Shown: in pieces, positions 36,941 to 46,431 of the stretch | Numbering within the stretch: position 1 is the first letter of the stretch | Layout of the letters: each line of letters starts with the position of its first letter | NCBI GenBank assembly: GCA_963801165.1 | Contig: CAWDDT010000011.1 | Span: 352,001 to 416,000, forward strand | Direction: 5' to 3' | DNA length: 64,000 nucleotides | Origin: an uncultured bacterium | GTDB lineage: Bacteria > Actinomycetota > Acidimicrobiia > Spongiisociales > UBA5794 | The notes under the pieces: generated by a model | The model's input: the letters and a program-made list of their open reading frames with translations, nothing else | What the model was told of the DNA's origin: nothing | The model's database searches: none | Program-made: the position numbers and the translations under genes

Positions 36941-39492
36941 CGAGAAGCGTGCTGGAGCGAGCCCGGGCGGCGCTCGCAGCCGCCAGGGAAACGCCGGTGG
37001 GCACGCTCGAGGCGGCCACACCCATCCTCGACGCGGCCTCGTCAACCGAGGTGTTGGCCACCGCCCACTTTGCCTGCGGGCTCGCCCATCGCACGCTGGC
37101 AAACGGCGCCGAATCTACTGCACACCTGGAGCGAGCCGCTGAGCATGCCACCGCGTTTCCCGAGCTCCTCGGGCAGATACTGCGGTCGCTTGCCTTCAAC
37201 TACGCCCAGACCGGTGACCACGAACGGGGCGATCGCCTGATCGAGCGTTCGATCGACCTGCTCACCGGGCAAGAGGCCGACCTGAGCCGGCTGCAGCAGG
37301 CGTTCCTCATGATGATGCGAGGTGAGCACCAGGCGGCCCTTCCAGTCCTCTCGGCCGCGATCGCGGGCTTCACTGAAAACGGAGCCGACGACTACCTGGA
37401 GCTGACCCTGTACAACCGCGCCCTGGTGTACCTGGCGTTCGGCGACTACGAATCATCGATCGCCGATCTGCACCGGGCATACGAGACGGCCATCAGTTGC
37501 GACCACCGCGTTTCGGCCGCGGACGCTGCGCTCCATCTGAGCCAGGTCCTCGGCTGGTGTGACGATGTGCCCGGAGCGATGCGCTGGCACGCGCTCTCGG
37601 TAAAACTGCGCAGGGCCGCGGGTGCCAACAACCCGGTCGCCGACACCGAGCATGCATTCGTGCTGATCCAGGCCCGGCTGATGCGGGAAGCCGAGCAGTT
37701 GCTCGAGAGCTCGCTCCCCCGGCTCGAAGCGGCGGGCGACAATCAGGCCGTCCTCGTCACAGGCCGCCTGCTCCTCATCGACGTGCTGCTGGACAAAGGG
37801 GACCACGCCGGAGCGCTTCGCCAGGTCGAGCTCGCAGCTGCCGACACACCCGACGACGGGAGGTGGCGGTTTGAAGTCGCCGCGGCCCGACACCGGGTTC
37901 GCACGGCAGCCGGTGAGGCCTCGGTCGCGCTTCTCCGTTCGATGATGGACACTGCCGCAGACATGGCGGCAAACGGGGAGCAGCAGTCTGCAGCGGTCGA
38001 GCGGTTCCGCGCCGTCGAGGTTGCCCTGGCAGTAGACGACCTCGACACCGCAAACCGACTCCTCGAAGAAGCCCGTCGCTATACCCGATCCGGCCCGCTC
38101 TCGTTGCAGATCCAGGCATGGACGGCGATCGCCGTGGTCAAGCTGGCGACCGGCAACAGACGCGGCGCCGCAGCCGCGGTACGGGCCGGTATTGACCGGT
38201 TGGACACTTATCGCAGCGGTATCGGTGCGACGGATCTGAGGATGCACGCCGCCGACTACGGGGAGAAGCTCGCCGGCATGGGGATCGAGCTGGCGATCGA
38301 GTCCGGATCGATTGAGAGGCTTTTCTCCTGGTCAGAACGGATGCGAGTCCAGCCTGCTCCCGCGGCACTCGATCACCCCGGGCTCGGCACCGCACTCGCC
38401 GATCTGCGTCGGGCTTCGGCGGCCACCCGGGCCGCAGGGGCCAATGAGCTGACCGCAGCACGACGCGAGGTGGCCGTGCTCGAGGCCAGGGTCCGCCAGC
38501 TCGGTCGTGAGATCGACGGCACACGGGCCACAGCCGCGGCAACTCGCCCGCTGCGCGATGTTCGCGCCCGGCTCGGTCGTCAGGTCCTCATCGAGTACGT
38601 ACACAGCGGTCCCCGGTTGTGCGCGATCGTGGTCAGCGGCCGCGGCTCTCGTCTGGTCGAACTCGGCGAATCGGCGGAGGCTGCCGAGCTCATCGACCAC
38701 CTCAGGTTTTCTGCGGAGCGGATAGCCCGACCCGGTACCAGCGCCGCATCACGGCTCGCCGCGATCGCTTCCGCCGAGGAAGCAATCGAATCGCTGCGCA
38801 GGCAATTGGTGGCTCCGCTCGGGGTGCGGGCCAATGGTGCGGTCGTTGTCCCCTCCGGCGCTCTCTACGGGATTCCGTGGGGGATGATGTTCGACATCCC
38901 CGTCGCCACCGCCCCCTCGGCGACTGCATGGCTCCAAGCCGGCGAGCGCGCCCATGGGGATGGAGCCCCGGTGGTGGTGACCGGACCTGACCTAACCCAT
39001 GCTGAGGACGAAGCCGGTGCCATTTCCCGAATCACCCGGGCGAAGAGAACCTCGTCGGTCGCAGAGACCATCGCCCTGCTGCCCCGGTCATCACTTGTTC
39101 ACTTCGCCTGTCACGCTCATCCCCGCGCCGATAGCCCTCTTTTCAGCAGTCTCGTTCTCGGCGACGGCGAGCTCACGCTTTACGACATCGAACGCCTGCC
39201 CCGTGTCCCGGCAACAATCGTCCTCGCATCCTGCTCGGGAGCGGGCTCTCTACTCGCTTCGGGTGACGAGGTGCTCAGCCTGGCAGGATCGTTCCTCGCA
39301 ATGGGTGCTCGCCGGGTCATTGCCCCCGTGTTCACGGTCTCCGACGAGGCGACGAGCGCAGTCATGTCTTCGATGTATCGCTCTATGGCCGGCGGGGCCG
39401 ATCCGGCAACCGCGCTGCTGGCCGCGGCCAAGAGTGACGATCCGAGCATCGCGTTCACCGCCCGATCGTTCAGCAGCTATGGGTATCTTTGA
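36937..39492 (+). CDS. TPR-repeat + CHAT (caspase-like) protease
   Basis: Helical repeats; VVVPSGALYGIPW, VHFACH (His), PLFSSL, VLASC (Cys); GTGA overlap with S8. Confidence 0.92.
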   Translation: MTRSVLERARAALAAARETPVGTLEAATPILDAASSTEVLATAHFACGLAHRTLANGAESTAHLERAAEHATAFPELLGQILRSLAFNYAQTGDHERGDRLIERSIDLLTGQEADLSRLQQAFLMMMRGEHQAALPVLSAAIAGFTENGADDYLELTLYNRALVYLAFGDYESSIADLHRAYETAISCDHRVSAADAALHLSQVLGWCDDVPGAMRWHALSVKLRRAAGANNPVADTEHAFVLIQARLMREAEQLLESSLPRLEAAGDNQAVLVTGRLLLIDVLLDKGDHAGALRQVELAAADTPDDGRWRFEVAAARHRVRTAAGEASVALLRSMMDTAADMAANGEQQSAAVERFRAVEVALAVDDLDTANRLLEEARRYTRSGPLSLQIQAWTAIAVVKLATGNRRGAAAAVRAGIDRLDTYRSGIGATDLRMHAADYGEKLAGMGIELAIESGSIERLFSWSERMRVQPAPAALDHPGLGTALADLRRASAATRAAGANELTAARREVAVLEARVRQLGREIDGTRATAAATRPLRDVRARLGRQVLIEYVHSGPRLCAIVVSGRGSRLVELGESAEAAELIDHLRFSAERIARPGTSAASRLAAIASAEEAIESLRRQLVAPLGVRANGAVVVPSGALYGIPWGMMFDIPVATAPSATAWLQAGERAHGDGAPVVVTGPDLTHAEDEAGAISRITRAKRTSSVAETIALLPRSSLVHFACHAHPRADSPLFSSLVLGDGELTLYDIERLPRVPATIVLASCSGAGSLLASGDEVLSLAGSFLAMGARRVIAPVFTVSDEATSAVMSSMYRSMAGGADPATALLAAAKSDDPSIAFTARSFSSYGYL

Positions 39493-39641
39493 GGGCTTGT
39501 ATCACGGGCCGCCTTTGGGCATCTTGTAGAGAAGCGAAGCAAGCTGCGAGCGGCGAGCCGCGAGGCCCGTCCAAGGATCCCTCCATTTCGCAGCTACCGC
39601 GAGTGCGCGTTGGTGGGAGCGCAGCAAGTGGTTGGGGGTAG

Positions 39642-39667
39642 GACGGAGGGTCGCACGACCCTCCGTC
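39642..39667. terminator. Strong hairpin, probable bidirectional terminator
   Basis: GACGGAGGGTCG CA CGACCCTCCGTC. Confidence 0.75.
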
Positions 39668-39680
39668 TGCTTCACTCAGC

Positions 39681-40295
39681 TCAGCTCAGCTCGATGGGGC
39701 CATAGGGTGAATCGAGAATGGCAACGAGCTTCGGTTTGGCGGAGACGCGGATCTCGAGATCGACGCGCAGAGCCTCGAGCATAGGGCGCACCGACTCGGG
39801 CACCGGGTGATGGCCACGCAGCTGAACCAGCTCTATACCGCCGGGGGAGGTCGTAGAGGGATGCGCTGAGTCGGCGTCCCATTCGATCAGATTCGGGACG
39901 AGACCGTCGCCATCGCCGGTCGGCATGGTGAGCCTGAATGACAGCTGGCCCCCGTCCGGTGTCTCGCGCAACACCGTATGTACGTCACCCGGGTTGTAGC
40001 CGAGAGCGTGGGCGTGCGCCGCAACCCGCTCGATCCTCTCGACCCGCGCCGTCCAGGTGATCAACCTCGGCTCTACGATGCCCTCGACCCCGTACCAGTA
40101 CCCGATGCTGGGTCGATGCTGGCCCGAGTCCGGACCGATGATCTCTAGATAGCTGGTCCCCATCGACAGCAGGGCATTACGGGTTCCGTAGCCGAGATGG
40201 CGGCCCCCGGCCTTTGCCTCCACCCCAAGCCGGTGTGCGAGATCATCGACTGTTCTGTCGATATCAGGGGTCGCATACACCAGGTGATCGATCAT
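39681..40295 (-). CDS. VOC / glyoxalase-like domain protein
   Basis: IDHLVY, GGRHLGYGTRNAL, YLEIIGPD, PNLIEW. Confidence 0.88.
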   Translation of the reverse strand: MIDHLVYATPDIDRTVDDLAHRLGVEAKAGGRHLGYGTRNALLSMGTSYLEIIGPDSGQHRPSIGYWYGVEGIVEPRLITWTARVERIERVAAHAHALGYNPGDVHTVLRETPDGGQLSFRLTMPTGDGDGLVPNLIEWDADSAHPSTTSPGGIELVQLRGHHPVPESVRPMLEALRVDLEIRVSAKPKLVAILDSPYGPIELS

Positions 40296-40314
40296 GGGTG
40301 AACGATAGTCCCCT

Positions 40315-40746
40315 CTAGCCGGCCTCCCCGGGCGTCGAGGCGTAATCTGGGTTTCGCGCCTCTAACAGGCTCAAGTCACCGAGCTCCCTCATCAACGCGC
40401 TTCGGGCGTGTTGCCATGCGCCGTGGAGCGCACAAGGTTCCTCTTGCGGGCATGCGTCGCCCGTCAAGACGCAGCGGCTGTCGAGCGTCGGCCCTTCCAT
40501 GGTCTCGATGAGCTCCAACACCGAGACGTCGTTCAACCCGACCAGCAGCTCATAGCCCCCATGGGGACCAGGCGTTGAACGGAGCCAGCGCTTCTTCACA
40601 AGCGGATTGAGGATCTGAGGTAGATACTGGCGGGTCGTTCCCAGAGCGTCGGCCAGCTCGGACCCGGGCACCCGCTCGTCGCGCTCGGACAGCTCCAGCA
40701 TGGCGCTTAGCGCCAGATCGGTTCTCTTGTGCAGATCCAGTCGCAT
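40315..40746 (-). CDS. Rrf2 family regulator with three Cys (Fe-S-binding)
   Basis: YLPQILNPL, GPHGGY, LIETMEGP, CVLTGDACPQEEPCALH. Confidence 0.9.
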   Translation of the reverse strand: MRLDLHKRTDLALSAMLELSERDERVPGSELADALGTTRQYLPQILNPLVKKRWLRSTPGPHGGYELLVGLNDVSVLELIETMEGPTLDSRCVLTGDACPQEEPCALHGAWQHARSALMRELGDLSLLEARNPDYASTPGEAG

Positions 40747-40864
40747 CCCGGTCAGTGTACTCCAGAGAACAAAGGCCGAAGGTAACCATTGCCAGGGCCT
40801 AACGTCGCCAAGATCGGCTACCAATCGGTAACCTCAGCACGACGCCGCTTCTGGAGCCGGAAAC

Positions 40865-43555
40865 ATGATCATCGACGGATTCACCCATCAACTGCCAGAC
40901 ACCGACCCTGACGAGACCCGCGAATGGCTCGAATCCTTCGACAGTGTGGTCGACGCTGAAGGACCCGCCAGGGCCCGTTTCCTGATGGCGAAGTTGATCG
41001 AGCGGGCCCGCTTGCAGAACGTCGGTGTCCCGGCTTCGGTCAGTACCCCATACATCAACACCATTCCCAAAGACCAGGAAGCGTGGTTTCCCGGCGACGC
41101 GGAGATCGAGCAACGAATCCGCCGTTTTGTGCGCTGGAACGCGGCGGTCATGGTGGTCAAGGCAAACCACGAAGCCGAAGGCATCGGGGGGCATCTGTCC
41201 ACCTTCGCCTCGACCGCAGTCCTGTATGAGGTCGGTTTCAACCACTTCTTCCACGGCAAGAACGACGGCAACCCCGGCGACCATATCTACTTCCAGGGCC
41301 ATGCCGCTCCGGGGATCTATGCCAGGGCGTTCCTGGAGGGCCGGCTCAACGAGAGCGACCTCGACAACTTCCGGCGCGAGATCGGTGGCGGTCTCTCCTC
41401 GTACCCACACCCGCGTCTCATGCCCGATTTCTGGGAGTTCCCTACGGTGTCGATGGGTCTCGGCCCAATCAACTCGATCTATCAAGCGCGATTCAACAAG
41501 TACCTGGCTCAACGCAAGATCGACAAGACCGAGGAGACCCGGGTCTGGTGCTTCGTCGGCGACGGAGAGACCGACGAACCCGAGACACTCGGTTCGATCT
41601 CGCTGGCAGGCCGCGAGAAGCTGGACAACCTGACCTGGGTCGTCAACTGCAACCTGCAACGTCTCGACGGACCGGTGCGGGGCAACGGCAAGGTGATCCA
41701 GGAGCTCGAAGCCATGTTCCGGGGTGCAGGCTGGAACGTCATCAAGGTGATCTGGGGAGGCAGCTGGGATCCACTGCTCGCCCGGGACATCGATCGCGTC
41801 CTCGTGGACAAGATGAACCGAACCGTTGATGGTGAGTACCAGCGATACAAGGCAGAAGACGGTGCCTATGTGCGGGAGCATTTCTTCGGGCCAGACCCAC
41901 GTCTCCGCAAGCTGGTCGAAGACATGTCCGACGCTGAGATCTGGAAGCTACGCCGCGGCGGGCTCGACTACCACAAGGTTTACGCGGCATACAAAGCCGC
42001 CACAGAGCTCACGGGAGCCCCCACGGTCATACTGGCCAAGACGATCAAGGGTTGGACACTCGGCCCCGACGTCGAGGGACGCAATGCGACGCACTCGATC
42101 AAGAAGCTGACCAATCAGCAACTGCTCGACCTGCGCAACCGTCTCCACCTCCAGAGCGAAATCCCCGACGAGGCGCTGACGGGCGACGCCGAGCCACCCT
42201 ATTTCCGGCCCTCGGAGGACTCGCCCGAGCACAAGTACCTGATGAAGCGGCGCGCCGCCCTCAACGGGGCTGTACCCCGACGCGGAGTCGAGCTGCGTAT
42301 ACCTCTCGAGATGCCGGACGACAAGGTATACGAGGAGTTCGACGCCGGGTCGGGCAGCAACGAGGTCTCGACTACCGGGGCCTACGTACGGCTGCTCCGC
42401 TCACTGGCACGGGACGAGAAGTTCGGAAAGCGCGTCGTTCCCATCATCCCCGACGAGGGCCGCACCTTCGGGATGGATGCTTTGTTCAAGGAGCTCAGGA
42501 TCTACGCCTCGCAGGGTCAGATGTACGAGCCCGTCGACCATGACATGCTGCTCTCGTACGTCGAAAGCACCGACGGGCAGATCCTCGAAGAAGGCATCAC
42601 CGAAGCGGGGTCAATGGCCAGCTGGGTCGCGGCGGCAACCTCTTATGCCACCCGTGGTGTGCCGATGGCTCCGTTCTTCACGTTCTACTCGATGTTCGGT
42701 TTCCAGCGTGTCGGGGACATGATCTGGGCCGCAGCCGACGCCCGGGCCCGCGGGTTCCTCGTCGGCGGCACGGCGGGGCGCACTACCCTCCTCGGCGAAG
42801 GGCTCCAGCATCAGGACGGGCACAGCCTCCTGCTGGCCTCTGTCGTCCCTGTGTGCCAGGCATACGACCCCGCATTCGCATACGAGGTCGCAGCGATCAT
42901 CAAGGACGGGATCCGCCGCATGTTCCTCGGCGACGAGGACATCTTCTACTACCTCACCGCCTACAACGAGAACTACGTACAGCCCGCCAAACCCGAAGGC
43001 GTGAACGAAGGAATCGTCAACGGTCTCTACCGGTTCGCCGACCGCCCCGAGGGTGGTGAGCACCAGGCGACCATCCTGTTCTCGGGCCCGGCACACGCCG
43101 CCGCCAGAGCCGCGCACCGTGATCTGATCGAGCACTACGGTGTAGCGGCCGACCTGTGGAGCGCAACCAGCTACAAGCTCCTGCGCGAGGAGGCGGTCGA
43201 CGTAGAACGTTGGAACCGCCTGCACCCGGGCGATACGCCGCGGGTCCCCTTCGTGACCGACGTCCTTCGAGAAGGCGCCGGGCCCGTGGTGGCGGTCACC
43301 GACTACGTCAAGACGGTCCCCGATCAGGTGGGCCGATGGATTCCCCGCCCCTATGTGACCCTCGGCACCGACGGTTTCGGGCGCTCCGACACGCGCGCCG
43401 CGCTGCGCCGCTTCTTCGAGGTCGACACCGGTCACGTGGTCGTTGCCGTCCTGTCGGGTCTTGCCGCAGACGGCTCGATCGAACCCGGAGTCGTCAAAGA
43501 GGCCATCGAGAGGTACGAGATCGACACCGAGGTGGGCAATCCGTTCAGCCGATGA
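40865..43555 (+). CDS. aceE: Pyruvate dehydrogenase E1, homodimeric type
   Basis: DTDPDETREWLES, GGHLSTFAS, YPHPRLMPDFWEFPTVSMGLG, GDGETDE, GEGLQHQDG, LGTDGFGRSDTR. Confidence 0.97.
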   Translation: MIIDGFTHQLPDTDPDETREWLESFDSVVDAEGPARARFLMAKLIERARLQNVGVPASVSTPYINTIPKDQEAWFPGDAEIEQRIRRFVRWNAAVMVVKANHEAEGIGGHLSTFASTAVLYEVGFNHFFHGKNDGNPGDHIYFQGHAAPGIYARAFLEGRLNESDLDNFRREIGGGLSSYPHPRLMPDFWEFPTVSMGLGPINSIYQARFNKYLAQRKIDKTEETRVWCFVGDGETDEPETLGSISLAGREKLDNLTWVVNCNLQRLDGPVRGNGKVIQELEAMFRGAGWNVIKVIWGGSWDPLLARDIDRVLVDKMNRTVDGEYQRYKAEDGAYVREHFFGPDPRLRKLVEDMSDAEIWKLRRGGLDYHKVYAAYKAATELTGAPTVILAKTIKGWTLGPDVEGRNATHSIKKLTNQQLLDLRNRLHLQSEIPDEALTGDAEPPYFRPSEDSPEHKYLMKRRAALNGAVPRRGVELRIPLEMPDDKVYEEFDAGSGSNEVSTTGAYVRLLRSLARDEKFGKRVVPIIPDEGRTFGMDALFKELRIYASQGQMYEPVDHDMLLSYVESTDGQILEEGITEAGSMASWVAAATSYATRGVPMAPFFTFYSMFGFQRVGDMIWAAADARARGFLVGGTAGRTTLLGEGLQHQDGHSLLLASVVPVCQAYDPAFAYEVAAIIKDGIRRMFLGDEDIFYYLTAYNENYVQPAKPEGVNEGIVNGLYRFADRPEGGEHQATILFSGPAHAAARAAHRDLIEHYGVAADLWSATSYKLLREEAVDVERWNRLHPGDTPRVPFVTDVLREGAGPVVAVTDYVKTVPDQVGRWIPRPYVTLGTDGFGRSDTRAALRRFFEVDTGHVVVAVLSGLAADGSIEPGVVKEAIERYEIDTEVGNPFSR

Positions 43556-44276
43556 GCCCGGTGCCGCACAACCCAGGGCGGACCTCTTTGCATTCGAGCG
43601 GGTTACGCTCGATTTCAACGGCGTCACCGCATTGCAGGAGGTCACGGCGCGGCTCCCCGGCGGCGGGTTGAGCGTCGTCGCCGGAGCGTCCGGTTCCGGC
43701 AAATCGAGTCTGTTGCGGCTGTGCAACCGTCTCGAGATTCCCAGCGGCGGAGTCGTGCGCTTTCGTGCCACGGATCTGAGCACCCTCGATCCATTGCAGC
43801 TGCGCCAACGGGTGGGAATGGTGTTTCAACGTCCCGCAGTGTTTCCCGGGACGGTACGTGACAACCTCCTTGTCGCAAAAGGCGACGCCGGAGACACCGA
43901 ACTGGCAGACGCGCTCGAGCAGGCCGAGCTGGGTACGGCGTTCCTCGGTCGGACCGGGGACGACCTCTCCGGTGGCGAAGCGCAACGGGTTTGTCTGGCC
44001 CGCACGCTCATTTGCCATCCGGAGGTGCTGCTGATGGACGAGCCGACCTCGTCGCTTCACCCGGCGGCCAGCCTGGCGTTGGAGAAGACGGTGGTGTCGT
44101 TGCACCGCGACCACGGCGTCGACGTCGTATGGGTGACCCACGATCTCGGCCAGATCGAGCGCCTCGCCGAGTACCTCCTCGTCCTCAGCTCAGGTCACCC
44201 CGTCTACGAAGGCGACCCGAGCGCGCATGAGGCACGTCGATCCCTCGACTCGCTGACCGGAGATGGAGCTACCTGA
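43552..44276 (+). CDS. ABC ATP-binding protein (FetA/YbbL-like), probable frameshift near the start
   Basis: GASGSGKS, LSGGEAQR, LLMDEPT, VTHD; the coupled ATG at 43552 is one base out of frame. Confidence 0.8.
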
Positions 44277-45058
44277 TGGGTCAAGGAGACGTCGGCGCGC
44301 TCGGATTGGTGACCTCGCTCATCCTGGTCGGTGTGGCGATCGTGGTCTCGCTCACCCAGCAGCTCCGGCTCGAGAAATCGCTCATCTGGTCAACCGTCCG
44401 GGCCTTCGTCCAGCTGATCGTCATGGGGTTCGTGCTCGCCTGGCTCCTCGAGCCGGGAAGGAGCCTCACGTATTCGTGGCTGTGGGTAGCCGGGATGGTG
44501 GTGTTTGCGGCGTGGACGGTCCGCAGCCGTGCCCCGGAGATACCAGGGCTCTTCTCGATAGCGCTCGTCGCGCTCGCCGTCGCCACGGTGGTCACGCTGG
44601 GCGTCATCTTCGGGCTGCGAGTGTTCCCGATGGAAGCGCGCGCCATCGTCCCTCTCGGGGGCATGATGATCGGAAACTCGCTCGGCGGCACGGTGGTGGC
44701 CGCCAGGAGGGTCGCCGACGAGCTCGCCGACAAGCGCCCTGAAGTCGAAGCCCGGCTCGCCCTCGGCCAGTCGTCGCGAGAGGCGGGACGGCCCTATGTG
44801 CGGAGTGCGATCCGCACTGCACTCACCCCCCGTATCGAATCGACCAAGGCGGTCGGTCTGGTCTTTCTGCCCGGAGCCATGACCGGCCTGATCCTTGCCG
44901 GAGTCGATCCCGTCGACGCCGTCCTCGTCCAGGCTGCGATCATGTATCTGATCCTGGGCACGGTCGCGACCACTTCGGTGGTGATCGGTCTCGGCTCACT
45001 GCGGCTCTTGTTCACCCCGGACCATCGGTTGCGACGCCTGGCTCGCCGCACCGATTGA
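44276..45058 (+). CDS. fetB: FetB/YbbM (UPF0014) ABC permease
   Basis: RAFVQL, GMMIGNS, VEARLALG, GLVFLPGAMTGLILAG. Confidence 0.88.
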   Translation: MGQGDVGALGLVTSLILVGVAIVVSLTQQLRLEKSLIWSTVRAFVQLIVMGFVLAWLLEPGRSLTYSWLWVAGMVVFAAWTVRSRAPEIPGLFSIALVALAVATVVTLGVIFGLRVFPMEARAIVPLGGMMIGNSLGGTVVAARRVADELADKRPEVEARLALGQSSREAGRPYVRSAIRTALTPRIESTKAVGLVFLPGAMTGLILAGVDPVDAVLVQAAIMYLILGTVATTSVVIGLGSLRLLFTPDHRLRRLARRTD

Positions 45059-45085
45059 CCCGCCGACCTTTCCCGAGGAGGAACC

Positions 45086-45937
45086 GTGCAATTCGGAGTA
45101 ACTATCTTCCCTACCGACAAGACCCTCGACCCGGCAAGTGTGGCACGCGCCACCGAGGAGCGAGGCTTCGAATCCCTCTGGTTTCCCGAGCACAGCGTGA
45201 TCCCGAGCAGCCGGGCCACCCCGTGGGGTGGCGTCGACGATGCGCCACCGCTCCCTGAGTGGTACTGGCGGACCTACGACCAGTTCGTCGCCCTCATGGC
45301 GGCGGCTGCGGCGACCACCACCTTGAAGATCGCCAGCGGGATCACTCTCGTTGCCCAGCACGATCCGATCTGGCTGGCGAAGCAGGTTGCCAGCGTGGAC
45401 GTCCTCTCGCAGGGTCGGCTCATCTTCGGTATCGGCTACGGCTGGAACAAGGAGGAGATGGCCCAACATGGGGTCCGCTACCAGGAGCGTCGAGCCCTGC
45501 TGCGGGAGAAGATCCTCATGATGAAGGAACTGTGGACCAGCGACGACGCCTCATACGCCGGAGAGCTGCTGCATCTCGACCCGAGCTGGGCGTGGCCCAA
45601 GCCGCTGCAGAAGCCGCACCCACCAATCATCCTCGGCGGGGCGGCCGGTCCCAAGACCCGGGCTCACATCGTCGAGTTCTGCGACGGCTGGATGCCACTC
45701 TACGGGCGCCACTCCGTCGTCGACATGATCGCCGCGCTCAACCAGACTGCGCTCGATGCCGGGCGTGACCCGGCCACGATCGAGATCGGTGTATTCAACG
45801 CTCCCCGCGACAAAGAGGAGCTCGCTGCGCTGGCCGCGGCCGGCGTGGGTCGGGCTGTGTTCAACCTGCCGCCGGTCGAACCGGATGTCGTCATCGCCAA
45901 GCTCGACAAGTATGCCGAGCTGATCGCCGACCTCTGA
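45086..45937 (+). CDS. LLM-class F420-dependent oxidoreductase
   Basis: GFESLWFPEH, AKQVASVD, GYGWNKEE, WPKPLQKPHPP. Confidence 0.9.
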   Translation: MQFGVTIFPTDKTLDPASVARATEERGFESLWFPEHSVIPSSRATPWGGVDDAPPLPEWYWRTYDQFVALMAAAAATTTLKIASGITLVAQHDPIWLAKQVASVDVLSQGRLIFGIGYGWNKEEMAQHGVRYQERRALLREKILMMKELWTSDDASYAGELLHLDPSWAWPKPLQKPHPPIILGGAAGPKTRAHIVEFCDGWMPLYGRHSVVDMIAALNQTALDAGRDPATIEIGVFNAPRDKEELAALAAAGVGRAVFNLPPVEPDVVIAKLDKYAELIADL

Positions 45938-45964
45938 CGGATTGGCCCGCCCCGGTTGTCGCAG

Positions 45965-46390
45965 CTAGCCGGCAACGTTTGCGTGAGCGACGATGCGGGT
46001 GGGTCGAATGCGGACCAGGTACTCCCCGGGGACCCCATTTCGTCTCCCGTACTCCTCAGCCCGATCGGCCCCCATGTACCGCGCTCCAATGACGGTTGCC
46101 CAGCGGAGCAGGCCGTCCAGATCCTCCGACACCGATGCCATGCCTTCGACGAGGACGAAGGCGTACGGCGGCGTGTCGTCGTCGACCACCATCGCCACCC
46201 GGGGATCGCGACGGATGGCCCTGCCTTTGCCTGACGTCTCATGGGTTGTGAACAGGATGTCATCGCCGTCCGCCACAAACCAGATCGGAGTCACCAGCGG
46301 GTGACCATCCTTCTTGACGACTGCGAGCTTGCCGGTCCTGGTTCCCTCCATGAGAAACCGCCATACCGCTTCGTTCGTCATGTTCTCCAT
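45965..46390 (-). CDS. PPOX-class F420-dependent oxidoreductase
   Basis: TGKLAVVKKDGHPLVTPIWF, KGRAIRRDPRV, RYMGAD. Confidence 0.9.
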   Translation of the reverse strand: MENMTNEAVWRFLMEGTRTGKLAVVKKDGHPLVTPIWFVADGDDILFTTHETSGKGRAIRRDPRVAMVVDDDTPPYAFVLVEGMASVSEDLDGLLRWATVIGARYMGADRAEEYGRRNGVPGEYLVRIRPTRIVAHANVAG

Positions 46391-46431
46391 GGCACGAACC
46401 TACACGAGCGCGGTACAACGAGTGACCGGGA

